A DNA stretch of 64,000 nt, from positions 1 to 64,000 of the forward strand of contig NIVC01000667.1 of NCBI GenBank assembly GCA_002269645.1, read 5' to 3'. The notes under the pieces are model-generated. The model saw only the letters and a program-made list of their open reading frames with translations. It searched no databases and was not told the origin of the DNA. Position 1 is the first letter of the stretch. Every line of letters begins with the position of its first letter. Source of the DNA: Macrostomum lignano. Lineage: Eukaryota. Made by a program: the position numbers and the translations under genes. Shown here one piece after another: positions 35,360 through 48,108 of the stretch.

Positions 35360-36060
35360 CTGGAGAATCTCACCATAGACTCTGAGGAATCTCACCAAAG
35401 ACTGACGAATCTGAACATAGACTCTGAGGAATCTCACCAAAGACTCTGACGAATCTGAACATAGATTCTGTGGAATCTCACTCTAGACTCGGAATAATCT
35501 CACTCTATTACTCACTCTATTACTCAAGCGAGCAACCCTACCGGTAATCTCACTCTAGACTCTGAAGAATCTCACCCTAGACTCTGAAGAATCTCACCCT
35601 AGACTCTGAAGAATCTCACCCTAGACTCTGACAAATCTCACTCTAGACTCGGAAGAATCTCACCATAGACTCCAAAGACTCTCACTCTAGACTCCAAAGA
35701 ATCTCACTCTAGACTCCAAAGAATCTCACTCTAGACTCCAAAGAATCTCACCATAGACTCTGACAAATCTCAACATAGACTCCAAAGAATCTCACCATAG
35801 ACTCTGACAAATCTCAACATAGACTCTGACGAATCTTACTCTAGACTCGGAAGAATCTCACTCTAGACTTTAAAGAATCTAGAGTCTAGTGACTGAGCTG
35901 TGAAATCTCACCCTAGACACTAAATAGTCTCACCATTAGACTCTGAAGAATCTCACCCCAGACTGAAGAATCCTACCCTAGACACTACAGAATGTCAGTA
36001 TAGCCACAAAATAATCTCATCCTAGACAATACTTTCTCACTCACATAATCCTACAGAATC
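35360..36060. repeat. ~22-bp degenerate minisatellite (AGACTCCAAAGAATCTCACTCT) in SCAP intron 7
   Basis: Direct reading. Confidence 0.88.
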
Positions 36061-36093
36061 TCACCTTTAGTCTCACCCTGACCTCTTTTCCAG

Positions 36094-36810
36094 GTAAGCC
36101 ACGCGACATCGCTTTCCCCATCGCAAGCTGCATCAACGGACTCAGACTTGGCAGCCGCAAGTGAAGCTGTCCCATCAAATTCCGGCTTAAATCCAGCATC
36201 CCCAACTCAAACCTTATCTTCCTCATCAATTTGGTGCATGAGTCTCATTACTAACGATACGGATTCGCGCTATCTGCTTGTTGGCTGCTCAGACGGTCAC
36301 CTGGAGCTGTGGGATTTCACCTGTACCGATTCTGCAAAGTGCCGAATTCAATTATCAGCTGAGGGTCTGACTCACCTGACTGTACAGCAGAGTCAGTTAG
36401 TTGCTGTGGCAGCTACGGCTACAGGCATGCTGCACTGCGTTCGACTGCTTCTCGACGCTGATCGAATTGAACCGCTGTCGTCTTGCCGGGCGTCGCCTCT
36501 GCCGTTGCACTCGATGCTGATCTGGCCGGATTCCGGCCACGGCGACCTGCTGGCCACGGCCGGTGAAGATAATTTAATTCGATTCTTTTCTATAGGGGAG
36601 CTGTGCAAGATCCGGCAGCCGCAGCAGCAGCTGAGCAATAATGGAGCTGTTGGTGCCGGGGCGGCCGCGGCGGCTGCTGCGGCTGCTGCTGCTGCTGGGG
36701 CGGCTTCGTTTTGCACGGTGGTGTCGGCGCACGCGGCGCCTGTGCTGGATCTGGCCGCCTATCCTAGCAGGGGAGTGCTCAGCGGGGGTGCCGATGGAGC
36801 CGTGTTTCAG
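36094..36810 (+). CDS. SCAP: SCAP coding exon 8 (WD40 repeats)
   Basis: ttttccag|VSH...SIWCMSL...LLVGCSDGHLELWDF...LLATAGEDNLIRFF...SAHAAPVLDL...LSGGADGAVFQ|gtgagt; phase 0 on both sides. Confidence 0.85.
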
Positions 36811-37089
36811 GTGAGTACCGACTGGGACCAAATAGAGGTACTTAAAATCGCTTATATTATCGATTCTCTGGATTCTAATTTTCTCATTATCGATTATTAT
36901 TGTGCTGAATTATTGGTTATCGATGCTTTGATTAATCTGTTGCGTTAATTATCGATTGTAACATTTATTAATTATCGAATTTAAATACTCCAATCAGTTA
37001 ATTATGGATTTTGAGTTGCCGAAATTCGTAAATTATCTATTCTAAATAACGAATTTTGTATCACTGAACTCGTTAATTATCGGTTCTGA

Positions 37090-37420
37090 ATGACTGAAAT
37101 CGTAAATTCTCGATTTTGAATCACCGGATTCGTTAATTCTCGATTTTAAATGACTAAATACGTTAATTATCGATTCTGAATGACCAAAATAGTTAATTAT
37201 TGATTCTGAATGACCAAAATAGTTAATTATCGATTCTGAATGACCAAAATAGTTAATTATCGATTCTGAATGACCAAAATAGTTAATTATCGATTCTAAA
37301 TGACCAAAATAGTTAATTATCGATTCTGAATGACCAAAATAGTTAATTATTGATTCTGAATGACCAAATTCGTTAATTATCGATTCTGAATGACTGGATG
37401 CGTTAATTATCGATTCATAA
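37090..37420. repeat. 30-bp minisatellite (TTAATTATCGATTCTGAATGACCAAAATAG) in SCAP intron 8
   Basis: Direct reading. Confidence 0.92.
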
Positions 37421-37553
37421 TCGTCATATTCCTTAATTGTCCGTTACGAATTAATTTACCTGTCAAATATCGGTTGAAAAGAAGTTAATCTCACGCACAT
37501 CTATACTTTCCCTTCTCCATCAGCCTTCTCCCCACCCCCTCCTACCCGCGCAG

Positions 37554-38021
37554 GTGAGCCCCGCTGATGACAGATCGTCTAGCGGCTTCCGGCAGAAGCG
37601 GCTGGTGTGGCAGCGCCAACCGGTGCTGTCGGTGTCGGTGTCAAGTCGGCACGCCGTCTGCGGCTTGGCCAACGGCCAGTTGCTCCTTCTGCGTCTGTGC
37701 ACTGGCGCCTGGCGACTGCTCAGCTGCTGCCAACAACAGCAGCAGCAACCGCAGCAACCCTTGCAACCCTTGCTATGCACCTGGTCGCCGCCTTGTCTGT
37801 TGCCTAGCAACGACGCCATTGTGACGTCTTCGTCGTCGGGATTGAACGGTTTGGACGTCTGGTGCCTGGCCAGGCGGCGTCGGCTGTCCCGGGTGCGCCT
37901 GGCAACTGACTGGATTCGAAGCGACCCGGTGCAGCCTGTCTGCCTGCTGTCCCAGGAGTCCATGCTGCTGTGCAAGTGCGGGCCCTGCCTGCTGCTGGTG
38001 CCCGAGTGCCAGCTTACCTGA
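37554..38021 (+). CDS. SCAP: SCAP terminal coding exon 9 (WD40 repeats to stop)
   Basis: cgcgcag|VSPA...AVCGLANGQLLLL...IVTSSSSGLNGLDVWCL...LLCKCGPCLLLVPECQLT*; an alternative in-frame acceptor at 37523 would add 10 aa. Confidence 0.85.
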   Translation: MSPADDRSSSGFRQKRLVWQRQPVLSVSVSSRHAVCGLANGQLLLLRLCTGAWRLLSCCQQQQQQPQQPLQPLLCTWSPPCLLPSNDAIVTSSSSGLNGLDVWCLARRRRLSRVRLATDWIRSDPVQPVCLLSQESMLLCKCGPCLLLVPECQLT

Positions 38022-38084
38022 GCTAGCGGCCTGCTGTCTCCACGGTTGACCTCTGTGTAGTTCACCTCTGAATGACCTCTTATG

Positions 38085-38605
38085 ACCCCGCTCTTGACCT
38101 CTACTGACCCTGCTCTTGACCTCTACTGACCCCGCTCTTGACCTCTACTGACCCTGCTCTTGACCTCTACTGACCCTGCTCTTGACCTCTACTGACCCTG
38201 CTCTTGACCTCTACTGACCCTGCTCTTGACCTCTACTGACCCTGCTCTTGACCTCTACTGACCCTGCTCTTGACCTCTACTGACCCTGCTCTTGACCTCT
38301 ACTGACCCTGCTCTTGACCTCTACTGACCCTGCTCTTGACCTCTACTGACCCTGCTCTTGACCTCTACTGACCCTGCTCTTGACCTCTTGTGACCCCGCT
38401 CTTGACCTCTACTGACCCCGCTCTTGACCTCTACTGACCCTGCTCTTGACCTCTACTGACCCCGCTCTTGACCTCTACTGACCCCGCTCTTGACCTCTAC
38501 TGACCCTGCTCTTGACCTCTACTGACCCTGCTCTTGACCTCTACTGACCCTGCTCTTGACCTCTACTGACCCTGCTCTTGACCTCTACTGACCCTGCTCT
38601 TAGCC
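38085..38605. repeat. 22-bp minisatellite (CTGACCCTGCTCTTGACCTCTA) just 3' of the SCAP stop
   Basis: Direct reading. Confidence 0.95.
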
Positions 38606-39407
38606 TCTTATGACCCCGTTTTGAACCCACTCTCGACTCTTAGAATTCACTCCTTGACCCCCCCCCCCTATCCCGTTCTTGACCTTTCGTGACCCTTGTC
38701 ATAAAGAGAGTCAATGAAGTCGAGAACCGCTTGACAACAACACACCTGGATTATGCGGCTCTCCGTTGCATTTTTGTTTCTAAGAAAATCCTGTATTTTT
38801 TAAATCCTTCCAATTGTCAATAAAGATTTCCAGTTTTGCTTCACTGCTTTAATCGCATAGGAGTTGTCAATTACCTGGTAATAAACTTATTTCTTTTTTT
38901 CCTTAGTTGTTGACTTTGTTATTTTCTTATTTACAATACTTTTGCGCTAATCTGTACGCGTCTATAAGTAGTATGTGCAGAGTATCCTTGGATTTATTTG
39001 CTGTGCATGGCATTCAAGAAGATTATCTATGTATCTAACTATTAGCCCACTGGGAATTCGTGTAAATTAGCCTGGATGTTGCATTGCTTTGTTCAATACT
39101 TTTATTTTTTTATCAATTGCTTGTTTGCTTGATTTTTTATTTGTTTTTTTGTCCATATGCAAGATAAATAATAATCTATACTAGTTAAATAAATAGTAGA
39201 ACACAAGCCGTCAGATCCGTAAGTGCTCAGTCGTTGCGTGTTAAACTCAGAACTGCGTTGAACAGCTGACATCGGATGCATGACCTTGTCGTCACTTACA
39301 TTAAACTGTAAGCTACTTTGTTAAATAGAAAACAAATTGACTAATATGCTTTTCAATTGATGTCTTTACTGAGAATACGTTAGATAGGTAGTTGCAACCA
39401 ATTAACT

Positions 39408-39520
39408 GATAATAATAATTAATTACATCTGCCCTAATGGACAGATGTGCAGCTATTGCGCGGCGCATCTGAAGGCTGCGTACGGCTGTTCAGTCCAAGG
39501 ACTGGGGGGTCGCCACACAC
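39408..39520 (-). mobile_element. 5'-truncated copy of the CORE-SINE (or cognate LINE) 3' end
   Basis: Reverse complement of ~9830-9960 (GTGTGTGGCGACCCCCAGTCCTTGGACTGAACAGCCGTACGCAGCCTTCAGATGC...CAATAGCTGC) with stem-loop and TTA tail. Confidence 0.9.
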
Positions 39521-39529
39521 AGTCATGAA

Positions 39530-41640
39530 AGTATGAGATTGAGACAGTGAGATTGGGAGTTTGAGATTGAGAGGGTGGGATTGAGATTAAGAAGGTTAGA
39601 TTGAGAGTGTGAGATTAGGATTGAGAGCGTAAGTTTGAGATTAAAATTAAAAATGTGAGCTTGAAAGTGTGAGATTGAGGGTGGGATTGAGATTATGAAG
39701 AGTTCGCTTTAGCACACTAGAGAAAGAGAGAGGGGAAAGGAGAGAGAGAGAGTTGAGTCTAGTGTCTAAACGCTCGAACTCCAATTTCCAGACACTTAAG
39801 CCTGGGAACAAAATCAGTGATCACTTACTCTTGCGGGCTCCTCTTCTTTGTTGCGCGTGTCTGCTGAGCTCGTCTTCTTAAGTCCGCTTCCTCCGGAGTA
39901 GTCTTGAAGTCCTTGAAGTCCAAAATCGGCCGAATGTGAGAGTGTAACAATCCGTCGAAGTATTCCTCGAGTGCAAAAGTCAAATTGGACAATAACAGCC
40001 GGCAATAAAATCGCTCTCAATTAATCGAAATAACGAAGACTTGAACAACGCTTATCAATTGATAATATTATCTCTCAGAGATATAGCCTCGGTTAGCTGC
40101 TCTGGCAAAACACAGGATCTTTTGAGGCTGCTCCGAGTCAGATTTCAGGTCGGATTTTATAGACAATTTTTTGGTACATGACTCATATTTCATCATAAGT
40201 CGCAATCATGATTCATATATCATCATAAGTTGTAAGATGACTCATCTTTCATCATAAGTCGCAACATGATTCATCTTTCCTCATCATTTTGCTACGCATG
40301 TTTACATTAGTCTACTCATAGTAGCATCTTATGGTAATCTACAATTAAGAGTGTGAGATTAAGAGGGTGAGATTGAAAGTGTGAGATTGAGAGGGACAGA
40401 TTGAGAGTGTGAGATTGAGCGGGTGAGATTGAGAGTGTGAGATTAAGATTGAAAATGTGAGATTGAGATTGAGAGGGTGAGACTGAGATTGAAAATAATA
40501 GATTGAGAGTGTGAGATTTAGATTGAGAGGGTGAGACTGAGATTGAAAATAATAGATTGAGAGTGTGAGATTTAGATTGAGAGTTTGAGATTAAGAGGGT
40601 GAGATTGAGATTGAAAATAATAGATTGAGAGTGTGAGATTTAGATTGAGAGTTTGAGATTAAGAGGGTGAGATTGAAAATGTGAGATTGAGATTGAGAGG
40701 GTGAGACTGAGATTGAAAATAATAGATTGAGAGTGTGAGATTTAGATTGAGAGGGTGAGACTGAGATTGAAAATAATAGATTGAGAGTGTGAGATTTAGA
40801 TTGAGAGTTTGAGATTAAGAGGGTGAGATTGAAAATGTGAGATTGAGATTGAGAGGGTGAGACTGAGATTGAAAATAATAGATTGAGAGTGTGAGATTAA
40901 GAGGGTGAGATTGAGATTGAAAATGTGAGATTGAGATTGAGAGGGTGAGATTGAGATTGAAAATGTGAGATTGAGATTGAGAGGGTGAGATTGAAAGTGT
41001 GAGATTGAGAGGGTGAGATTGAGAGTGTGAGATAAAGCGGGTGAGATTGAGAGTGTGAGATTGAGATTGAGAGTTTGAGATTGAAAATGTGAGATTGAGA
41101 GGATGAGATTGAGATTGAAAATGTGAGATTGAAATTGAGAGTGTGAGATTGAGATTGAAAATGTGAGATTTAGATTGAGAGGGTGAGATTGAGATTGAAA
41201 ATAATAGATTGAGAGTGTGAGATTGAGATTAAGAGGGTGAGATTGAGATTGAAAATGTGAGATTGAGATTGAGAGGATTAGATTGAGAGGATGAGATTGA
41301 GATTGAAAATGTGAGATTGAGATTGAGAGGATTAGATTGAGAGGATGAGATTGAGATTGAAAATGTGAGATTGAGATTGAGAGGGTGAGATTGAGATTGA
41401 GAGTTTGAGATTGAGATTGAGAGGGTGAGATTGAGATTGAGATTGAAAATGTGAGATTGAGATTGAGAGGGTGAGATTGAAAGTGTGAGATTGAGAGGGT
41501 GAGATTGAGTGTGAGATTGAGATTGAGAGTTTGAGATTGAGAGGGTGAGATTGAGATTGAAAATGTGAGATTAAGATTGAGAGGGTGAGATTGAGATTGA
41601 AAATGTGAGATTAAGATTGAGAGGTTGAGATTGAAATGAG
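39530..41640. repeat. GAGATT-based degenerate satellite, interrupted by unique DNA at ~39720-40345
   Basis: Hexamer-derived units (GAGATT, GAGAGG, GAAAAT) with higher-order blocks. Confidence 0.9.
39829..40013 (-). other. Candidate orphan exon
   Basis: Two frames open across the segment (e.g. RLLLSNLTFALEEYFDGLLHSHIRPILDFKDFKTTPEEADLRRR), ending in a perfect donor GA|GTAAGT; acceptor weak, partner exons not found. Confidence 0.3.
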
Positions 41641-42179
41641 TATGCAACCGAGGAGCGAATTGTTCCGGACCCGTCTAGAAAGCACTTTATCCTGAGCGCT
41701 GCCCAGTAAGGATCAAGGATCTGCAGTTCTAATTGCAGGTATAGGAGCTACTCCTATAAGATGCCATCCTCTTGACGCTCGAAAACAGTTAATTATCAGT
41801 CAATTCAATCAAATATATCTAAAATTATTATTAGGATATTAGCCTTCAGGCAAAACTGGGCGTTGCCAAACGTTTTGTCTTCTTTGTCTAACGACCGCGT
41901 GCAGAAGGTGAGCATTTGCGGAATGAATAGCTACAATTTCTATACTTCACGACATTGTTGCCGTTTTTGTCCGTTGACTTGCCTAGCAGCCAATCAATGC
42001 TCCTCGGAGCTGTACTTTTGCCTTCAATTCTGCTCTGATTTTGACGGGCGTTGCAGTTGAAGGATTCTAATAAACTGTTTCGTTGCTATTGTCTCAGTTG
42101 TTAGCATCACCTTGGATACCTGCATACTGGCTGCAGTCCCAGAGATAAAGCGAAAATGCTGCGTCTCTATGACTAGATT

Positions 42180-43400
42180 AGATCGAGTGAGATTGAGATA
42201 GGCGAGGCTGGAACACAGAGGAGTAAGACTGGAACACAGAGGAGTGAGACTGGAACTCAGAGGTGAGAGACTGGAACACAGAGGAGTGAGACTGGAACAC
42301 AGAGGAGTGAGACTGGAACACAGAGGAGTGAGACTGGAACTCAGAGGTGAGAGACTGGAACACAGAGGAGTGAGACTGGAACACAGAGGAGTGAGACTGG
42401 AACACAGAGGAGTGAGACTGGAACTCAGAGGAGTGAGACTGGAATTCAGAGGAGTGAGACTGGAACTCAGAGGAGTGAGACTGGAACTCAGAGGAGTGAG
42501 ACTGGAACACAGAGGAGTGAGACTGGAACACAGAGGAGTGAGACTGGAACTCAGAGGAGTGAGACTGGAACTCAGAGGAGTGAGACTGGAACTCAGAGGA
42601 GTGAGACTGGAACACAGAGGAGTGAGACTGGAACTCAGAGGAGTGAGACTGGAACTCAGAGGAGTGAGACTGGAACACAGAGGAGTGAGACTGGAACACA
42701 GAGGAGTGAGACTGGAACTCAGAGGTGAGAGACTGGAACACAGAGGAGTGAGATTGAGATAGAGTTGGTGATATTGAAATAGATAGGGTGGAATTTTAAG
42801 AGGGTGAGATTGAGACAGTGGGATGAGATTGAGATAGAGACGGTGAGATTAAGATAGAGAGGTTGAGATTGAGATAGAAATGGTGAGATTGAGATAGAAA
42901 TGGTGAGATTGAGATAGAGGCGGTGAGATTAAGATAGAGAGGGTGAGATTGAGATAGAAATGGTGAGATTGAGATAGAGGCGGTGAGATTAAGATAGAGA
43001 GGGTGAGATTGAGATAGAAATGGTGAGATTGAGATAGAGACGGTGAGATTAAGATAGAGAGGTTGATATTGAGATAGAAATGGTGAGATTGAGATAGAGG
43101 CGGTGAGATTAAGATAGAGAGGGTGAGATTAAGATAGAAATGGTGAGATTGAGATAGAGGCGGTGAGATTAAGATAGAGAGGTTGATATTGAGATAGAAA
43201 TGGTGAGATTGAGATAGAGGCGGTGAGATTAAGATAGAGAGGGTGAGATTGAGATAGAAATGGTGAGATTGAGATAGAGGCGGTGAGATTAAGATAGAGA
43301 GGGTGAGATTGAGATAGAAATGGTGAGATTGAAATAGAGGCGGTGAGATTAAGATAAAAATGGTGAGATTCACGTATGAAAAGGTGGGATTAAGATAGGA
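42180..43400. repeat. 21-bp (GAGACTGGAACACAGAGGAGT) and GAGATT/GAGATA-based minisatellites
   Basis: Direct reading; sources of the SEFQSHS and HRGVRLE ORFs. Confidence 0.93.
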
Positions 43401-43946
43401 TAAGAATAAGATTTATTTTTATCGGTAAAATTCAACATTCGCTTGTTCTCCCATTTTCAAAAGGTAGAGAATAAATTCAAGCCAGTTCCGAGGCAAAGAG
43501 AGCAGCTGTACTTGAATAATTGAAACAGTCCAGCTGCCGAAGGCTATATCTAAAAAGGGTAGTGAAAGCAAAAAAGGCACATTGCCTGTAAATATCAGAG
43601 GCCGGCAAACACAGCTAAGCTGGTTTCTCATAACGGCATGCAATGCCCCGGAGTCAGGGACACCCCAAACACATGGCAAGCAATCCAAGGCAGTCTCAGT
43701 CGGTCTGCACAGATTTCGTCCAAATACGACATCTGTCAGAGAACTGGTTGCCATGCTGCTCAGACCGCCAAGCGAGTGCAGAGCAGGGTAATAAAAATAT
43801 TGCCTATGCAGACTCTAAACTGCATCACGCGACCCAGTTATGGTCGGGACTATCGTAAAATAAGTTTTTCTCTCGCTTCGGAGTGGAAGCTGCTGGTTAG
43901 TGATGCAGGATTTACAGGTAAGAGATGCACTGCTAGCTGTCAGCAC

Positions 43947-46458
43947 TGAGATGGGGAATCTAGTATGGGGGAGATGGGGAATCTAGTATGGGGGAGACGG
44001 GGAATCTAGTATGGGGGAGATGGGGAATCTAGTATAGGGGAGATGGGGAATCTAGTATAGAGGAGATGGGGAATCTAGTATAGGGGAGACGGGGAATCTA
44101 GTATAGGGAAGATGGGGAATCTAGTATAGGGGAGGTGGGGAATCTAGTATGGGGGAGGTGGGGAATCTAGTATAGGGGAGGTGGGGAATCTAGTATGGGG
44201 GAGATGGGGAATCTAGTATAGGGGAGGTGGGGAATCTAGTATGGGGGAGGTGGGGAATCTAGTATAGGGGAGACGGGGAATCTAGTATGGGGGAGATGGG
44301 GAATCTAGTATAGGGGAGATGGGGAATCTAGTATAGAGGAGATGGGGAATCTAGTATAGGGGAGACGGGGAATCTAGTATGGGGGAGATGGGGAATCTAG
44401 TATAGGGGAGGTGGGGAATCTAGTATGGGGGAGATGGGGAATCTAGTATAGGGGAGATGGGGAATCTAGTATGGGGGAGGTGGGGAATCTAGTATAGGGG
44501 AGGTGGGGAATCTAGTATGGGGGAGATGGGGAATCTAGTATAGGGGAGGTGGGGAATCTAGTATGGGGGAGGTGGGGAATCTAGTATAGGGGAGATGGGG
44601 AATCTAGTATGGGGGAGATGGGGAATCTAGTATAGGGGAGATGGGGAATCTAGTATAGAGGAGATGGGGAATCTAGTATAGAGGAGATGGGGAATCTAGT
44701 ATAGGGGAGACGGGGAATCTAGTATAGGGGAGATGGGGAATCTAGTATAGGGGAGATGGGGAATCTAGTATAGGGGAGATGGGGAATCTAGTATAGAGGA
44801 GATGGGGAATCTAGTATAGGGGAGACGGGGAATCTAGTATGGGGGAGATGGGGAATCTAGTATAGGGGAGGTGGGGAATCTAGTATGGGGGAGATGGGGA
44901 ATCTAGTATAGGGGAGGTGGGGAATCTAGTATGGGGGAGGTGGGGAATCTAGTATAGGGGAGGTGGGGAATCTAGTATGGGGGAGATGGGGAATCTAGTA
45001 TAGGGGAGGTGGGGAATCTAGTATGGGGGAGATGGGGAATCTAGTATAGGGGAGGTGGGGAATCTAGTATGGGGGAGGTGGGGAATCTAGTATAGGGGAG
45101 ATGGGGAATCTAGTATGGGGGAGATGGGGAATCTAGTATAGGGGAGATGGGGAATCTAGTATAGAGGAGATGGGGAATCTAGTATAGAGGAGATGGGGAA
45201 TCTAGTATAGGGGAGACGGGGAATCTAGTATAGGGGAGATGGGGAATATAGTATAGGGGAGATGGGGAATCTAGTATAGGGGAGATGGGGAATCTAGTAT
45301 AGAGGAGATGGGGAATCTAGTATAGGGGAGACGGGGAATCTAGTATGGGGGAGATGGGGAATCTAGTATAGGGGAGGTGGGGAATCTAGTATGGGGGAGA
45401 TGGGGAATCTAGTATAGGGGAGGTGGGGAATCTAGTATGGGGGAGGTGGGGAATCTAGTATAGGGGAGATGGGGAATCTAGTATGGGGGAGATGGGGAAT
45501 CTAGTATAGGGGAGATGGGGAATCTAGTATAGAGGAGATGGGGAATCTAGTATAGGGGAGACGGGGAATCTAGTATGGGGGAGATGGGGAATCTAGTATA
45601 GGGGAGATGGGGAATCTAGTATAGGGGAGGTGGGGAATCTAGTATAGGGGAGACGGGGAATCTAGTATGGGGGAGATGGGGAATCTAGTATAGGGGAGAT
45701 GGGGAATCTAGTATACAGGAGGTGGGGAATCTAGTATAGGGGAGTTGGGGAATCTAGTATAGGGGAGATGGGGAATCTAGTATAGGGGAGATGGGGAATC
45801 TAGTATAGGGGAGGTGGGGAATCTAGTATACAGGAGGTGGGGAATCTAGTATAGGGGAGTTGGGGAATCTAGTATAGGGGAGATGGGGAATCTAGTATAG
45901 GGGAGATGGGGAATCTAGTATACAGGAGGTGGGGAATCTAGTATAGGGGAGATGGGGAATCTAGTATAGGGGAGGTGGGGAATCTAGTATAGGGGAGGTG
46001 GGGAATCTAGTATAGGGGAGATGGGGAATCTAGTATAGGGGAGGTGGGGAATCTAGTATAGGGGAGGTGGGGAATCTAGTATAGGGGAGGTGGGGAATCT
46101 AGTATAGGGGAGGTGGGGAATCTAGTATAGGGGAGGTGGGGAATCTAGTATAGGGGAGGTGGGGAATCTAGTATAGGGGAGGTGGGGAATCTAGTATAGG
46201 GGAGATGGGGAATCTAGTATAGGGGAGGTGGGGAATCTAGTATAGGGGAGGTGGGGAATCTAGTATAGGGGAGGTGGGGAATCTAGTATAGGGGAGGTGG
46301 GGAATCTAGTATAGGGGAGGTGGGGAATCTAGTATAGGGGAGATGGGGAATCTAGTATAGGGGAGGTGGGGAATCTAGTATAGGGGAGGTGGGGAATCTA
46401 GTATAGGGGAGGTGGGGAATCTAGTATAGGGGAGGTGGGGAATCTAGTATAGGGGAAT
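43947..46458 (+). repeat. 23-bp G-rich satellite (GGGGAATCTAGTATAGGGGAGAT), ~109 units; left arm of an inverted pair
   Basis: Direct reading; begins with a unique TGAGATGGGG terminus. Confidence 0.96.
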
Positions 46459-46885
46459 TTCACTGAAAACGCACAGAGATGGTAGGAAAAATCGCAGCAA
46501 AAAATGCGCAAAAGACAGCGATGGAGAGCAAGAACATGGCTGAATGGCCACTGCAAGGATTGAGTCCGCTCGGCCGAGTTGCTGGGAAGTAATTGCCCCG
46601 AGAGGCGGGGGATCCCAGCCTCTTCTTTGCCCGGATCCCAGTTTGTACCGACAGGGCGGGACGAGAAAAAGTTGGACATGAGGAGCTCCGGCGACGGGCA
46701 GTTAAGCCGGCCAAGCAGACCAAACTTATTAACGACTTGGCCAGCTGGGGCTGACGGCTGGAAATTGAGGCTGGGCCGGGGGATTAGCGGCCGCCCTCAT
46801 CCCGGAGGAGCGTGGCCGCCCCGCTCCGGTCTGACTTTGATGGGCTGAGGAAACTTGCCTGATCGGTTTGGTGCTGTCCTGGATC

Positions 46886-46999
<114 letters not shown>

Positions 47000-47413
47000 A
47001 TCTACCATCTACAGCTTTTACTGAAAACGCAGTCTCATGTGGCATTCGCAAAGCTGGAGGATGCGTAATGAAATGAAATTTATTATTTACAACAGTTGAT
47101 TAAATAATCCTAGAACAGTTTTCCCTCGAGAGTCGTCTGCGATGACATCAAGCTTAGCATTCGGTTGAGATTAAATTTAAAGATTTATGCAACACTTCAC
47201 AGAATAATACAGCAATGTTGCTTGACATGCCTGCCGCTATCAAACGGAATTCGCTGAGCAATTCTATAAAGCAGCGCGATGGTCTCGCGGCAGTCCCAGT
47301 GCAACGCAGATATGAATAAATTTCCAAGAAAAAGACTTTGCGTTCTATTAATAGTGATGTTTTTATCTTCTTCAAATACTTCACACTTTGCTATCTTCTA
47401 TCGGTGGTTCAGG

Positions 47414-48080
47414 ACTGCATGTCTTTCAGTGGGTGAAGTGTGTCTTTCAGTGGGTGGAGTGTGTCTTTCAGTGGGTGGAGTGTGTCTTTAAGTGGGTGAA
47501 GTGTGTCTTTCAGTGGGTGAAGTGTGTCTTTCAGTGGGTGGAGTGTGTCTTTCAGTGGGTGGAGTGTGTCTTTCAGTGGGTGAAGTGTGTCTTTCAGTGG
47601 GTGAAGTGTGTCTTTCAGTGGGTGGAGTGTGTCTTTCAGTGGGTGGAGTGTGTCTTTCAGTGGGTGAAGTGTGTCTTTCAGTGGGTGGAGTGTGTCTTTC
47701 AGTGGGTGGAATGTGTCTTTCAGTGGGTGAAGTGTGTCTTTCAGTGGGTGGAGTGTGTCTTTCAGTGGGTGGAGTGTGTCTTTCAGTGGGTGAAGTGTGT
47801 CTTTCAGTGGGTGGAGTGTGTCTTTCAGTGGGTAGAGTGTGTCTTTCAGTGGGTGGAGTGTGTCTTTCAGTGGGTGAAGTGTGTCTTTCAGTGGGTGGAG
47901 TGTGTCTTTCAGTGGGTGGAGTGTGTCTTTCAGTGGGTGAAGTGTGTCTTTCAGTGGGTGGAGTGTGTCTTTCAGTGGGTGGAGTGTGTCTTTCAGTGGG
48001 TGAAGTGTGTCTTTCAGTGGGTGGAGTGTGTCTTTCAGTGGGTGGAGTGTGTCTTTCACTGGGTGGAGTGTGTCTTTCAG
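47414..48080. repeat. 21-bp minisatellite (GTGTCTTTCAGTGGGTGGAGT) just 3' of the PTB gene stop
   Basis: About 31 homogeneous units. Confidence 0.95.
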
Positions 48081-48108
48081 TCGGTCAAGTCTGTCTGCGG
48101 ATTCCAGA

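Noticed and set aside
41640-43950. Coding-looking unique patches between satellites (41640-42170, 43420-43945)
   Set aside because: All frames are interrupted or short and no motif was recognised.
46460-46860. Transposase inside the inverted satellite arms
   Set aside because: GC-rich but every frame is interrupted; no DDE or zinc-finger motif seen.
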